Made by a program: the position numbers and the translations under genes. A DNA stretch of 64,000 nucleotides from Octopus sinensis (Eukaryota). Below the pieces are notes generated by a model. That model made no database searches and was not told where the DNA came from. It saw only the letters and a list, made by a program, of their open reading frames with translations. Shown piece by piece: positions 12,045-24,900 of the stretch. The first letter of the stretch is position 1, and each line of letters begins with the position of its first letter. The DNA is taken from positions 48,670,001-48,734,000 of the forward strand of contig NC_043009.1 of the NCBI RefSeq assembly GCF_006345805.1, read 5' to 3'.

Positions 12045-12558
12045 ATGTAGAGGCTCTGTCAGTGGCCCCTGATTCTGTTTGTGTTGTTGTTGTTGTTAAT
12101 ATTATGGTTCTGATTTAACTCTTGATTGTTCTATAATCATCTCAATTGATATCGTTACTCTTGTCGATGTCCATGGTCTCTCTTTTTGTCATTGTCTATA
12201 GGTGTCGCCATTGTTGTCATTATCGACATTTTCGAGCGGCTCCAACCAGTGCTGTTTTCTGCAAGTGCTCCACCCTTATTGCAGCCCATATTTATTCCAC
12301 GTATTTCTCAAGATTCTTGCTCACTGTTCCCAGGGCTCCGGCAATTATTGGTGCTACTGCTACCTTTTTCATCAACCACAACTGCTTGACTTCCCAGGCT
12401 AACCTGTCATATATCTCAACTTTTCTTTCTTCCCTATCGCATACGCTGTTGTCAGCTGGGTATGCTACATCTATGATCCAGCATAGTTTGTTTTCTTTCT
12501 CAATTAAGACTGTCTGGCTTCCTATTCTCTATCTCATGGTTGCACTGAATCATAATTA

Positions 12559-12603
<45 letters not shown>

Positions 12604-12632
12604 TATTATTATTATTATTACCATCATCATCG

Positions 12633-12682
<50 letters not shown>

Positions 12683-13156
12683 GAGTGAGAAAGCAGCGCA
12701 TACTATCAAAGTGACACTGGTGTAACATATGCGAAGCCCAATATATCCATCATGACTACCCATCTGATAAGGGTACACCGGACACATATATCACAACCAT
12801 ATGTGTGCGACATGGTGATCTCATATCAAGATAAACAGCACATGACATTGCAGGTGAGGCCCAATTAGAATTTTCTTCTGGTCGAGTAGCCCATCCCGCT
12901 CAAATGGTCTTTGAATAAGCGTTGTTTAAGGATGGTGAACGAAACACCCATGTTTCCAAAGGTGAATTATCCAAACCCCAAATAATTCCTCTCTACACAT
13001 GGCTATGATATTCCCCTACTACTTCTATTCGTGATCAGAGATGCACATATCCTCAGTCACTAAGGGACATGCTCAATTGGTTAAGGTCAAGCAATTGACA
13101 AGCAAATCTGTGGTATTAAGCAGAATATTTGCTGTATTCCTTCTTTTATAACAAGA
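12683..13156 (-). mobile_element. Family-D non-LTR-type element, 5'-truncated, embedded in (TAA)n
   Basis: Colinear with 26105-26572 and shares the same low-coordinate end next to (TTA)n. (TTA)n on both sides. Confidence 0.8.
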
Positions 13157-13215
13157 TTATTATATTATTATTATTATTATTGTTGTTGTTTTTGTAGTTT
13201 TTGTTGTTGTTTTTG

Positions 13216-13247
<32 letters not shown>

Positions 13248-13299
13248 GGTGATGGTGGTGTTGTGGTTTTAATGAGAAGGTGCATGGATTGGGGTTTAA

Positions 13300-13570
13300 G
13301 GATATTCATTTCATGATCGTAAAAACGTGAGTACAATTCCTGGTGATGCATTGTGTCCTTCAGCAAGACACTTTATTTCCCGTTGCTCCATTCCACTCAG
13401 CTGATAGCAATGTGTAGTACCTGTATTTTAAAGGCCCAGTCTCACCACATTCTGTATCACGCTGTATCTCCCTGACAACAACATTAAACTTACGTCTGTT
13501 AATTTCACGAGATGGTTGCTCCAGTGATCGGATCAGCTGGAACACTCGTCGTCCTAACCAACGGAGTGCT
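13300..13570 (+). mobile_element. Family-C SINE (degenerate)
   Basis: GCAAGACACTTTATTTCCCGTTGCTCCATTCCACTCAGC and tail GTTAATTTCACGAG..GATCGGATCAGCTGGAAC..AACGGAGTGC. Confidence 0.7.
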
Positions 13571-13633
13571 AGATAGCATTGTTGTTGTAATTCTTGTGTT
13601 ATTGTTGTTGTTGGTGTTGTTTGTCGTAAAATA

Positions 13634-14197
13634 TTGGGTTGTCCGGAAAGTTCGTGCCGATTTATAGTAGCTTACCTTTCGACTTATTTTAGAACATGGT
13701 TGAGTCCAAAATAGGATTTGACTACACCTCCATTTAGAGCACAGTTCAAACTATCTTTTCATGGAAGATGGTTTATGTTCCTATAACCTGTGTTAATTCT
13801 GTAACCCATTAAAATGGAAGATAAGAAAGTTCATTTTCGGCACTTTATGCTTTGGGAACCAGAAAAAAATTGCTGCAGCTCGGCTGGGGTGTGTTACCCC
13901 AACCTCCATATTCACCAGATACTGCTACTTCGGATTTCCATTAATTCAGGTCTCTGCAGAATAGTCTTAATGGTAAAAATTTCAATTCCTTGGATGACGT
14001 AAAAAGATACCTTTATGAATTCTTTGCAATGAAACCACCTCAATTCTGGTAAGAGGGTATTTTGAAGTTAAGGGAAAGATGGAGACGCATTGTGCAACAA
14101 AATGGTTCATATTTGGTTGATTAAAAATGTAATGGCACGTATTTATTGACCTTTTTCTTTCCTTTAAAAATCGGCACGAACTTTCCGGACGACCCAA
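13634..14197 (+). mobile_element. Internally deleted mariner derivative (~565 bp)
   Basis: TIRs TTGGGT(T/C)GTCCGGAAAGTTCGTGCCGATTT with 1 mismatch; TA on both sides (13632-33, 14198-99). N-terminus MEDKKVHFRHFMLWE is fused to C-terminus PPYSPDTATSDFH*FRSLQNSLNGKNF..LRERWRRIVQQNGSYLVD. Confidence 0.93.
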
Positions 14198-14488
14198 TAC
14201 TTTCACCGATTGCGGGTATTATTCGTGTTGTACTTTTGTGTTCCTCGATTCTTTAGATTGTTTTAGTTGTTGTTATTGTTGTTATTGTTGATATTGTAGC
14301 TTTCGTCAACCTTCATGTTGTTTTTCATCCTTTAACCAGTAGATTTACGATCGAAGACATTAGCAAGTTTTCATTCACTTCAATGTGTGATGTAAGCTTC
14401 AGAGAAAAGGAGAGAGAGAGAGAGAGAGAGAAAGGCAAGCAGATATAGAGAGATTGCGAAATAGGAAGATAGTGTATTTTTGCATTTC

Positions 14489-14489
<1 letters not shown>

Positions 14490-14536
<47 letters not shown>

Positions 14537-14860
14537 GGCATTATTTTTATTATTATTATTATTATTATTATCATCATCATCCATTATTATTATAAATTAT
14601 TATTATTATTTATTATCATCATCCATTATTATTATTATTATTAGTATCATCATCATCATCATCATCATCATCATTATTATTATTATTAATTATTATTATT
14701 ATTATTATTATCATTATTATTATTATTATTATCTCAATATTATTATTATTATTATTATTATTATCATTAGCTTCTTATTATTATATCATTATATTATTAT
14801 TATTATTATTAATTATTATTATTATTATTATTAGATCATTATTATTATTATTATTGTCTC
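14490..14860. repeat. (TTA)n/(TCA)n compound microsatellite
   Basis: Direct reading. Confidence 0.95.
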
Positions 14861-15265
14861 TGTAGCTCTAGTAATGATGACATGAAATCGTGTCAAAGAC
14901 ACCAACGTAAAATAAACAAGACTTGATAGTGATGGTTAAGTGTCTTTCAAGACAAGATTACAAATACATGTGATTGTAGGAGTTTCAGGCAACGCGTGTG
15001 GATAGCAATGTGTGCGTGTGTGTGTGTGTGTATGTTCAAAGAGTAAGAGGAAGAGACAACAGAGCAAAGGGAGAGAAAGAGAAAGAGAAGGAGAGAAACA
15101 AATACAGAGATTCAGTAAATGCATTGTATAGGTATATATCGTGCGTGAACGGAGGATATTGTGCGACACTTTCACATATACTCGTTCTAGGCAGCTACAT
15201 AAAAATAGGGGGACACTAAGCAATAGTGTGTATATATATGAGGTCTGTATAAATGTGTGGTGTGT

Positions 15266-15345
15266 GCGTGCATATACATATTATGCACACACACACTCAA
15301 ATATATATATATATATATATATATATTTATGTATAATTATGTATG

Positions 15346-15376
<31 letters not shown>

Positions 15377-15514
15377 GTATACATATATATATACATACAT
15401 ACATACATAAATATACATAAATATATATACATATATATATATATTATATGTATATATATATTATATATATTTATGTTGTATGTATATATATGTATACATA
15501 TATATATATATACC

Positions 15515-15545
<31 letters not shown>

Positions 15546-15675
15546 GAATGTATGTATGTATATATTATAAGCACGTATATATATAATATATGTATGTATT
15601 ATTAGATATTATATATATATATATATATATATTATGTCTATGCGTGCATATACATATTATGCACACACACACACT

Positions 15676-15722
<47 letters not shown>

Positions 15723-16061
15723 TTATGTATATTTATGTATGTATGTATATATATATGTATACATATATATATACATACATACATACATAAATTTACATAA
15801 ATAATATATATATAATATATATATATATTATATGTATATATTTTATGTATATTTATGTATGTATGTATAATATATGATGTATACATATATATATATATAT
15901 ACCTATATATATACATATTATAATATATATATGTATGAATGTATGTATGTTATATATATATATATGTATGTATATATATATATATATAATTATATATATA
16001 TACATAGACATATGTATGAATGTATGTATACATATATCACGTATATATATGTATATATATG

Positions 16062-16106
<45 letters not shown>

Positions 16107-16130
16107 TATTATATATATTTACATACATAC

Positions 16131-16168
<38 letters not shown>

Positions 16169-16170
16169 AC
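15266..16170. repeat. (TA)-rich compound microsatellite with ~376-bp tandem duplication
   Basis: Anchor GCGTGCATATACA..ATGCACACACACAC..TCAAAT at 15266 and 15642; TACCTATATATATACATA near 15511 and 15900. Confidence 0.85.
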
Positions 16171-16869
16171 TTAGTTTGCTACATAAAATACGGATGCAAA
16201 AAGCATACGCACACATAACCAGGCAACCATATGTTCGTGTCCTTTTTTTCGTGTGTGCGTGAGTGAACATAGATAAAATATAAATAACGTTAATTGCTAG
16301 ATATATAGAAATGGGGAAACACATGTACACAACCTGCCCATCTTATGGTATACAGATAGATATATGGGTATTTTGTTCGTATAATATATTTACATTGTCT
16401 CCTATGAAGTGTCAAGAAACTGTTTCATACCACTCGTTATGCATATATCACGTCTTAAGACGTTTACGAGAACAACCTAAGACAGAGAAAAGAGTTTTTA
16501 TGATCTACGGGAACCGAACAACACTTCCGTTGCATGCGGAATGACTGCGTTATCAAATAGATCAACAATGTTTAATTAATCGTATGGTCCAAATATGCTG
16601 TTTTAAACGTTTTACGGGGAAAAAAACCAACATCGTTATCTCACAATCTATCACATGAGTATAGCACGTAGCTTCGGAGCCACTCAAGCACCAGAAGATA
16701 GACTTCCTCAGTTCATTCGGAGACAGCGTTCTGACCAACGATTTGTGTCTTCATTTTTGGTTGTTTTGTCATTGAGTATTTTCTATGATAATTGTATTAT
16801 CAATTTTAATTTAAATATATAAAATATGACGTTCTTAATTTTATTTATCTAACGTCAAAAAGCTTTTAT

Positions 16870-17081
16870 TCTTTTATTCGTTTCAGACACTTGACTGCGG
16901 CCATGCCGGAGCACCGCCTTTAGTCGAAGAAAGCGATCCCAGGACTTATTCTTTGTAAGCCTAGTACTTATTCTATCGGTATCTTTTGCCGAACCGCTAA
17001 GTTACGGAGACATAAACACACCAGCATCGGTTGTCAAGAGACGTTGGTGGGACAAAGACAGTCACACAAACACACCTACCC

Positions 17082-17139
<58 letters not shown>

Positions 17140-17299
17140 ACGGGCTTCTTTCAGTTTCCGTCTACCAAATTCACTCACAAGGCCTTGGTTACCGAGGCTA
17201 TAGAAGAAGACACTCGCCAACGGTGCCACGCAGTGGGACTGAACCTGGAACCATGTGGTTAGTAAGTAAGCTACTCACCAAACAGCCACACCTGCGCCT
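16870..17299 (-). mobile_element. Family-B SINE, full length (tRNA head, CORE-like segment, (TA)n linker, tail)
   Basis: Head on -: AGGTGTGGCTGTTTGGTGAGTAGC..GGTTCAGTCCC. Tail: CTTGACAACCGATGCTGGTGTG..CAAAGAATAAGTCCTGG. Confidence 0.85.
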
Positions 17300-17486
17300 A
17301 TCACAGCCACTCCTAGTAATTTAATGAAAAAATGCTAATTTTCTTCAATGAAAAAAAGCCCAATTAAACTAATAAATAAAACAGCAAGTACAATTTAGAT
17401 CGTGCTAAATCTGTCACATGAAGATTCTCTGTGCTACCCATTTCATTTTATGTCCTAAGCACAAGCTGATTTTCTGTAACAATTTA

Positions 17487-17720
17487 CTAGTTAATCTGGA
17501 CCTGTGCATAACTCACAACAGTAGTCATACTTAAACATATAGCAATCCTTACACTCTGGCCTAGTTTAACTTTCCCAATTGCGCTGTGGTCACTGCCAGA
17601 ATCTGCCATATTAGCGAAGTAGATTGTACTGTGGAGAGAGCAAATCATGTCCACGCTGTCATACTGCACCTCACACTATTCTTCATTGCTTGTCACAGTT
17701 TGCAGTATGGTCCTCAGATA
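17487..17720 (-). pseudogene. LINE apurinic-endonuclease C-terminal remnant
   Basis: Translation ..MKNSV.. / ADSGSDHSAIGKVKL resembles the APE end motif AD.GSDH..V.AK.KL. Confidence 0.45.
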
Positions 17721-18724
17721 GTAGAAAATGGTATACTTAGAAGGCTGAATCTGTGAGCTGTGCTTCGTTACTCTTCCCGTTACTTGTGTGTCACAGGTTT
17801 GTTTCATCACGGGAGCCCTGGGGATGCACACAAGAAAATAATACCTTAACGTTTAGAATAAAATCTAGGATACCGGCAAATTCGTGATGCTGTTTAGCGG
17901 CAGAAATATCTCTACAAGAATACAAGTATAACATTTTTGCTATCTAGTGTGAAGCTTAAAGGTTCTGGTTTGTGCGCCATTCTTAAAAACGAGAAAAACG
18001 AGCAAAGAACGTTGCTCATTTTCCCGTCGTGGGAAAAATTGTATCGAGGCTCTTTGACCTAATCTTAATAAGAGCCGACTTTTGTGGAATTACACCATAC
18101 CGTCTTATAAAAGAAGGGTATTGCTCGATATAAATTGAGATATACAAATCGATAGAATGGTCACAAAACGAACGGAATTCCTTTATTTACAGGCATGCTC
18201 AACCAAAGCTGAACAAGAGGTAAATAACAGTATTTTAATGCTTACTCGAAACTGAAATATTCAATATGCGAATTGCTGGACACAACGGCCATTTTTGTTT
18301 GCGTCACTTCCTGCAATGTTACCATCTTTGCCCTCCACGTAAAAGTAAAAAAAGAAAAGGATGGCAAAGGGTGTTGTTTATTATCCAAAAACGAAACCTT
18401 CGTGGCTCATTTGATCTAATTTCAATATACAGCTCTAACAACGGAAGGACATTGCACAATTTAAAATGAGATATATAATTCAACAGAATGATCATGCGGT
18501 GAATTTAATTATAGGTTTACTAAAAGAATCAGAATGCAATTTGCTACGTAAAGCAACCAAATTTTGTTCAATACGGACAACTAGAGAATTACAAATAATG
18601 TTTCATGCCAGAAAGAAAGAGAAACAATGTCAGACATACAGTTCTATATTTAAGAGATGAGGAATTATGTATATTATTTACATCATTTATTCGACGGATA
18701 TTTGTCCTCATCTTGTTTGTTATT

Positions 18725-18770
18725 AACACAACGTTTCGGCTGATATACTCCCCAGCCTTCTTCAGTTGTC
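18725..18770 (-). ncRNA. Minimal type-I hammerhead ribozyme motif (PLE type)
   Basis: On -: GACAA-CTGAAGA-A-GGCTG-GGGAGTATAT-CAGCC-GAAACGTT-GTGTT. Core CUGANGA/GAAA intact, 5-bp stem II, palindromic ACGU stem III. Confidence 0.6.
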
Positions 18771-19057
18771 CCATGCAGCTATGGTAGGTTATACAAGGGT
18801 GAAACATGCCAACCCCTCAAAATAAGGGTAGACGAACATCGCAAAGCTGTGACACAAGGAGATATTGATAAATCGGGTATAGCTGATCATGTATGGAAAA
18901 ATGGAGACCACCTCCCCCTGTGGGATGTAGTTAAAATAATAGACAGAACACCACTGGAAAGTACGAAAACTAAAAGAAGCAGCAAATATGCTAGGACAAA
19001 ACAACCTCCTAAGCAGACCGAGTGTAGATATGAGCAGCATGTGGGAACCGGTATTCA

Positions 19058-19288
19058 GGCAGCGAGCTGGCAGAAACGTTAGCACGCCGAGCGAAATGCG
19101 TAGCCGTATTTCGTCTGCCGTTACGTTCTGAGTTCAAATTCCTCCGAGGTCGACTTTGCCTTTCATGCTTTCGGGGTCGATTAAATAAGTACCAGTTACA
19201 CACTGGGGTCGATACAATCGACTTAATCCGTTTGTCTGTCCTTGTTTGTCTTCTCTGTGTTTAGCCCCTTGTTGGTAGTAAAGAAATA
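19058..19288 (+). mobile_element. Family-A SINE, near full length, inserted in the PLE
   Basis: GGCAGCGAGCTGGCAGAAACGTTAGC..GAGTTCAAATTCC (B box)..GCCTTTCATGCTTTCGGGGTCGAT..AAAGAAATA. Possible 8-bp TSD GGTATT(C/A)A. Confidence 0.92.
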
Positions 19289-19354
19289 GGTATTAAGGTA
19301 GGATAGAAAAATATTAGATTTATAGGCCCTAAAATTCACTCTATAATTGCCCAC

Positions 19355-19430
19355 GGGCATATGGCGTAGTGATTAAGAGCGCGTGCTACTAACCCCGAGA
19401 TTCCGAGTTCGATTCCAAGCAGTGATCTGA
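19355..19430 (+). promoter_or_regulatory. tRNA-like Pol III A/B-box cassette inside the PLE 3' region
   Basis: A box TGGCGTAGTGA (19362-72), loop CTACTAA, B box AGTTCGATTCC (19406-16). No proper acceptor stem, so not a functional tRNA. Confidence 0.7.
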
Positions 19431-20458
19431 ACACTAATAGTAATAATAATAATGATGATGATGATGATAAACATCGAAAAATACCTTAGGGATGAGAACC
19501 CAGGTTCGAAATTTCCCCAAGATACCTGAAGAAGGCTATAGGGTATATCAGCGGAAACAAGATGAGGACAAATATCCGTCGAATATAAATAATGTAAATA
19601 ATAAACTTCAGACATGTTTCGCTCTTATTATAACCTCAACCTTGCAGCATAGACTTCGCTGTGGTTCACGATGTAGTGTCAAGAGAGTCTCTTATAAATT
19701 TATTATATTGTACACTGGTTGTCGGCAAACAGCTTTTACTCCATGGTTTTAAATCACGTTAGACAATCAGGCAGTCATAAAACGAATGAATTCAATTTAT
19801 TATACGTTTCATTCAATGTTGTGTTACTCTGTTTTATTGCTTCTTTATTTTAACTGCACTTTGAGTGCTATGAAACCAGATTTCAATACATGCGCCATAA
19901 CACACAGAACAAACGAAGACTGTTAAAAATTCTCTTTTATTTTGATGTATTTCATTAAATGAAAATACACATCCGTAGATTAGCGCAAGCGGTGATGAAT
20001 AATCAGAACGGGAATAGTTCATTCGGTACTGAAAAACCTGGCAGTACTGCAAAGTCCAATCCGTGCTACGGAGTGGTGGCTCGTGAGACTCAATGCCCCT
20101 GCAAGCTGTGCCAGTGGAGTGTAAATTCCTGGTAAGGAATTCTATACTACCTAGGGGTGCAAAAGATACAGAAGAGAAAAATACGGAATACCTCATCTCA
20201 GAAATAAATCTGGATTTTCGAACAGAAAAGCTTTCTTCTACACAACATCGACGATAACACCAAAGTTCACAAAATTCTTATCCAGTTTAAGATTCGATGC
20301 TTATATAAACAAAGAAATTTGGAGCCTTAATTAGGAGGGAAATTTAAACTATCACCCGTTTAAAACTTCGTCTCTTGACATATCGTAACATACAGCGGAG
20401 TATTCTATTCTGGGGAGCTTTTCGTCCAGCTTCCTCTCCACAAATCTCGTATTTATAC

Positions 20459-20860
20459 AGGAGTGGCTGTGTGGCAAGTAGCTTGTTTACCAACCACGTG
20501 GTTCCGGGTTCAGTCCCACTGCGTGTAACCTTTGGCAAGTGTCTTCTACTATAGCCTCAGGCCGACCAAAGCCTTGTGAGTGGATTTGGTAGACGGAAAC
20601 TGAAAGAAGCCTGTCGTGTATATGTATATATATATATATATATGGGTGTGTGTCTTTGTGTGTCTATGTTTGTTCTCCTACCATTGCTTGACAACCGATG
20701 CTGGTGTGTTTATGTCCCGGTTACTTAGCGGTTCGGCAAAAGAGACCGATAGAATAAGTACTGGGCTTACAAAAAAGAATAAGTCTCGGGGTCGAGTTGC
20801 TCGATTAAAGGCGGTGCTCCAGCTTGGCCGCAGTCAAATGACTGAAACAAGTAAAGAGAG
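20459..20860 (+). mobile_element. Family-B SINE, full length
   Basis: AGGAGTGGCTGTGTGGCAAGTAGC..GGTTCAGTCCC..CCTTTGGCAAGTGTCTTCTACTATAGCC (CORE-like), (TA)/(TG) linker, tail ending CAAATGACTGAAACAAGTAAAGAGAG. Confidence 0.92.
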
Positions 20861-21829
20861 TAATATCTATGTGTGTGTGGGGGGGACGTTGTGCACGCAC
20901 GAATGTGTGTGTGTTTTGTGTCTTGTTGTCTGCATTTGTCCATTACTATGATTTGACAACAGGTAACTCTGTAACTTAACGATTCGGTAGAAAGAGAATC
21001 GTATAATAAGTACCAGGCTTTAAAATGAAATAAGTTCTAGGATCCATTCATTGGCTTTAAAAAATTCTTCAAGGCTGTGTCCAAGCATGGTCGCAGTCTA
21101 ATGATTGACACAGGTTAAAGATAAATGATACAGCATGTGTTTAGTCTATACGCTTATTTGCTGTGTTCGCTTTTAATGTGTCGCTTCTTCTGTTATCTGC
21201 TTAATAAATACTACTTCTCTATGAACATTCTTAAAACGCGACTCCGCTGAGGTCGACTGAGGCCTTTCATCCTTTCGGGGGTCGATAAATTGAGTACCAA
21301 TTGCATACTGGGGTCGATCTAATCGACTGGTTCGCCTTCCCCAAAATTTCTGGCCTTGTGCCTAGATTAGAAAAGATTCTTATAACGCGACTGACATAGG
21401 GATATAACTTAACAAGCATTTCCGTTGGCCTCCAATACGTCTGTGTGTGCGTGAGTGTGTACCCGTATGTGCACGTGCGTCTGCCTCTAGATCTATAGAG
21501 ACATGTAGGAGTTTGTAATATATATATACTCAACCAAGAAGGACCGACAAAATTACATATACACATACATCGCACTCATTCACATACTCACACATAAGCA
21601 CATGCATGTACTCACGCATACACGCATGTATATGTATATACACATAGAAAACGTTTACGTTTCTTCTACCTCCAATGGTACTTACACAAGTAGTTGCAGT
21701 GATCCAAAGAATAAATGTCGAAATCGCCATGACATTAGATTGACGGCTGAGGACGATTTTTACAAATTATTTCCGCTTTTTCTATTCTGGGCAAATGTTA
21801 GTCTACAAAAACGCACAAATGTATCTATA

Positions 21830-21848
21830 TGCACTAGCACCCCGCTCC

Positions 21849-21888
<40 letters not shown>

Positions 21889-22777
21889 TATTATATATAT
21901 ATGTACATATCGATATATACATCTGTATAGATATGTGTGTGAGCGTGCATGTAATTACATATTTCAGTCATGGTATTGAAGAAAAAAAGCCCGCGGTTAT
22001 GTATTCTTAAAAACATTCATATGTCTCCGCGTCTATACAATTTTGGACAGACGAATATATAATCACAGTCAGTAAATGTATCACTTCATAAAATACATAC
22101 GCATGCGTGCATATAAACATTATAAGCATACATAATCACCTTCGAATATAGTCGTGTTTGTATATACATATATATATATATGTATCTATACACATATATA
22201 TATATATAAACATATATATACATATATATGTATATATATATGTATATGAATATATATATATGTATATATACATACATATATATATATGTGTGTGTATGTA
22301 TATATGTATATATTCACAGTCATACACAACCATGTTTACATATGTCATACTTACGTATGTACATAGTCACACGCTGGCATATATGTACGCCCACGCGACC
22401 ATGAATAAGAGCGTGTATATAGCCATACATATATGCAAACATACATAAGTAGACACGTAATGTACATCCATTCGAAAAATTCATGTTGATACACAGAAGA
22501 CACATGCACACACACCACACACACACACACATACATACGCACACAAATGTACAAACTGTCAGACGGATACACGACCACATAATACACACGCGCACATACA
22601 CACACACACATACACACTGATATATATTCATTTCAAAGGGACATTTATCAACTGAATATTTTATGATTTCTCACTATTTCGCTATTCATTTGCGGTTTTG
22701 ATTTTTGTTTTATGATTATTGTTTGTTTTGTTCTTAATTGCTGTTTTACCTTTTGTAAATCTGTATCTATAAATAAG

Positions 22778-22817
<40 letters not shown>

Positions 22818-23368
22818 ACACTCACACAACAAATATATGTAAGTGCCAGTGTTTAAGTATGTGTACGCGTGTGTATATGACTGTGTGAATGTATATAAAA
22901 TTATGTATGTACATACACGAATACACGCGTATGCGTATGTATATTATATATATATATACATAAATGCATACATACGCACATGCATACATACATACATACA
23001 TACATACAGGTAGAGTTACACTTAGAAGCGTACGCTTGTACATACATGGATATCCACAAAGAAATGTATGTATTTATTTATATATGTATTAAACAGCAAT
23101 TGAAATGTGTGTGTGTATACACACACACACACACACACACACACCATACACATATAATATATATATATATATTATATATATATATAAATATACGTAGAAG
23201 CATATATATATATTTAAATATATGCGTGTATACGTTATACACATATGTATAATCCCCCGCACACATGCATCTACAGAGATACACTTGTATGTCTATACGC
23301 ATATGTGCGTGCTTGTTTATGTGTGTGTGTGTGTGTGTGTGTGTGAGTGTGTGTGTGTGTGTGTGTGT

Positions 23369-23409
<41 letters not shown>

Positions 23410-24059
23410 ATGTATCTACGTACGAACGAAAGTATATATCTGCACAAATACCAATCTGTGATCAAAGTTACAAATTGATTTAACTGGAAATGAATTTTCT
23501 GACAATTGCATCGCAAATCTCATCTGCCCACATTACCAAATTATCGAACGTTACACCCGAATAATCTGCCAACGGATGTTCTATCTGCTACTCCTACTGT
23601 TGTTTGTTGATAGAGAGAGTATCAGAAGATATAGGAGGAACACAACACACACGGAGAGAAGAAGGAACAGAAACAAATCAAACATGTAGAAAAGAAAGAA
23701 CAACACATAGAAATAAATACGATAGATATATAAGAGAAACATATATGAAAGAATATATAAAATGAATGAATTGCTTTATACAGCATCTAATGACGGAGTT
23801 GTTATTGGTGACGGTGATGATGATGCTACTGATGATGATGTTGGTTTTGGGGATGTTGGTGGTGGTGGTGGTGGCGGCAGGTTTGAGGGGCGTCGGTGTT
23901 GGTAATGGTGGTGGGTATTGGCGATGGCATGTGTTATCGGAAAGAACTGCGCGGTGACATTAAGCTAAAAGCCCGTGATGCAAACTCTAAAACCATAGGA
24001 GTCAGGAGTCAGGTTTCACCGGACTGCCACCTATGTCCCTATATGTATATATATAATAT

Positions 24060-24100
<41 letters not shown>

Positions 24101-24170
24101 TATATATATATATACATATAAAACACACACCCACATCAATATATATATACATACATATATATATACACGC

Positions 24171-24219
<49 letters not shown>

Positions 24220-24246
24220 ATATATATATATATTATATAATATATA

Positions 24247-24293
<47 letters not shown>

Positions 24294-24900
24294 AACCACA
24301 CACACTCAATATATATATACATACATATTATATATACACGCACAAAATATATATATCTATTATATTATATATATATATACATACACATAAATATATACAT
24401 ATATGTAAATATTTCCGCATTATACAACACTGTATATATCTACATACATACCTTATATATATATATATATATATATGTGGTGTGTGTGTGTGTTGTGTGT
24501 GTGTGTGTGTTTGTATGTATATCTATGTATGCATACGTATATATATGTAAAAGTATGTGTGCATGTATTTTGTACACAGATATATAGATATACGCACAAA
24601 TATTTACATAAATATTTAAATATTTATTTAAGTATGTAAGCATAGATGCATGTACACACAGACACGCACACTGACACGCACACACACACACACATGCACA
24701 CGAACGAACACACGCACGCAAGCATGCACGCGCACGCATACACATACACACATATACTCACCTGCGCCTAATATACTCCGGCAAATATACTAAATTATGC
24801 AAATAAATATATATATATCTGATTTTTGTACATCGGCATGCATGTGATTATACATCTGCACGTATGTGTGCCTGTGTGCATGTGTAGCGTGCATTCGTGT
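21830..24900. repeat. Extended (TA)n/(CA)n/(TG)n microsatellite field
   Basis: Direct reading. Includes a ~170-bp duplication (TACATATAAAAC..CACGCACAAA at ~24113 and ~24285). Confidence 0.9.

Larger units (their letters stand above)
18639..19605 (+). mobile_element. Penelope-like element with inverted 5' copy of its terminus, GIY-YIG fragment, nested SINE, tRNA-like cassette and hammerhead-like motif
   Basis: 18639-18766 is the reverse complement of the terminal region. 18768-19056 encodes VPCSYGRLYKGETCQPLKIRVDEHRKAVTQGDIDKSGIADHVW..H.PLWD..KIID/HHWKVRKLKEAA..LLSRPSVDMSSMWEP (PLE GIY-YIG, one frameshift). 3' region 19290-19605 is shared with the 58.3-58.55 kb copy. Confidence 0.88.
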
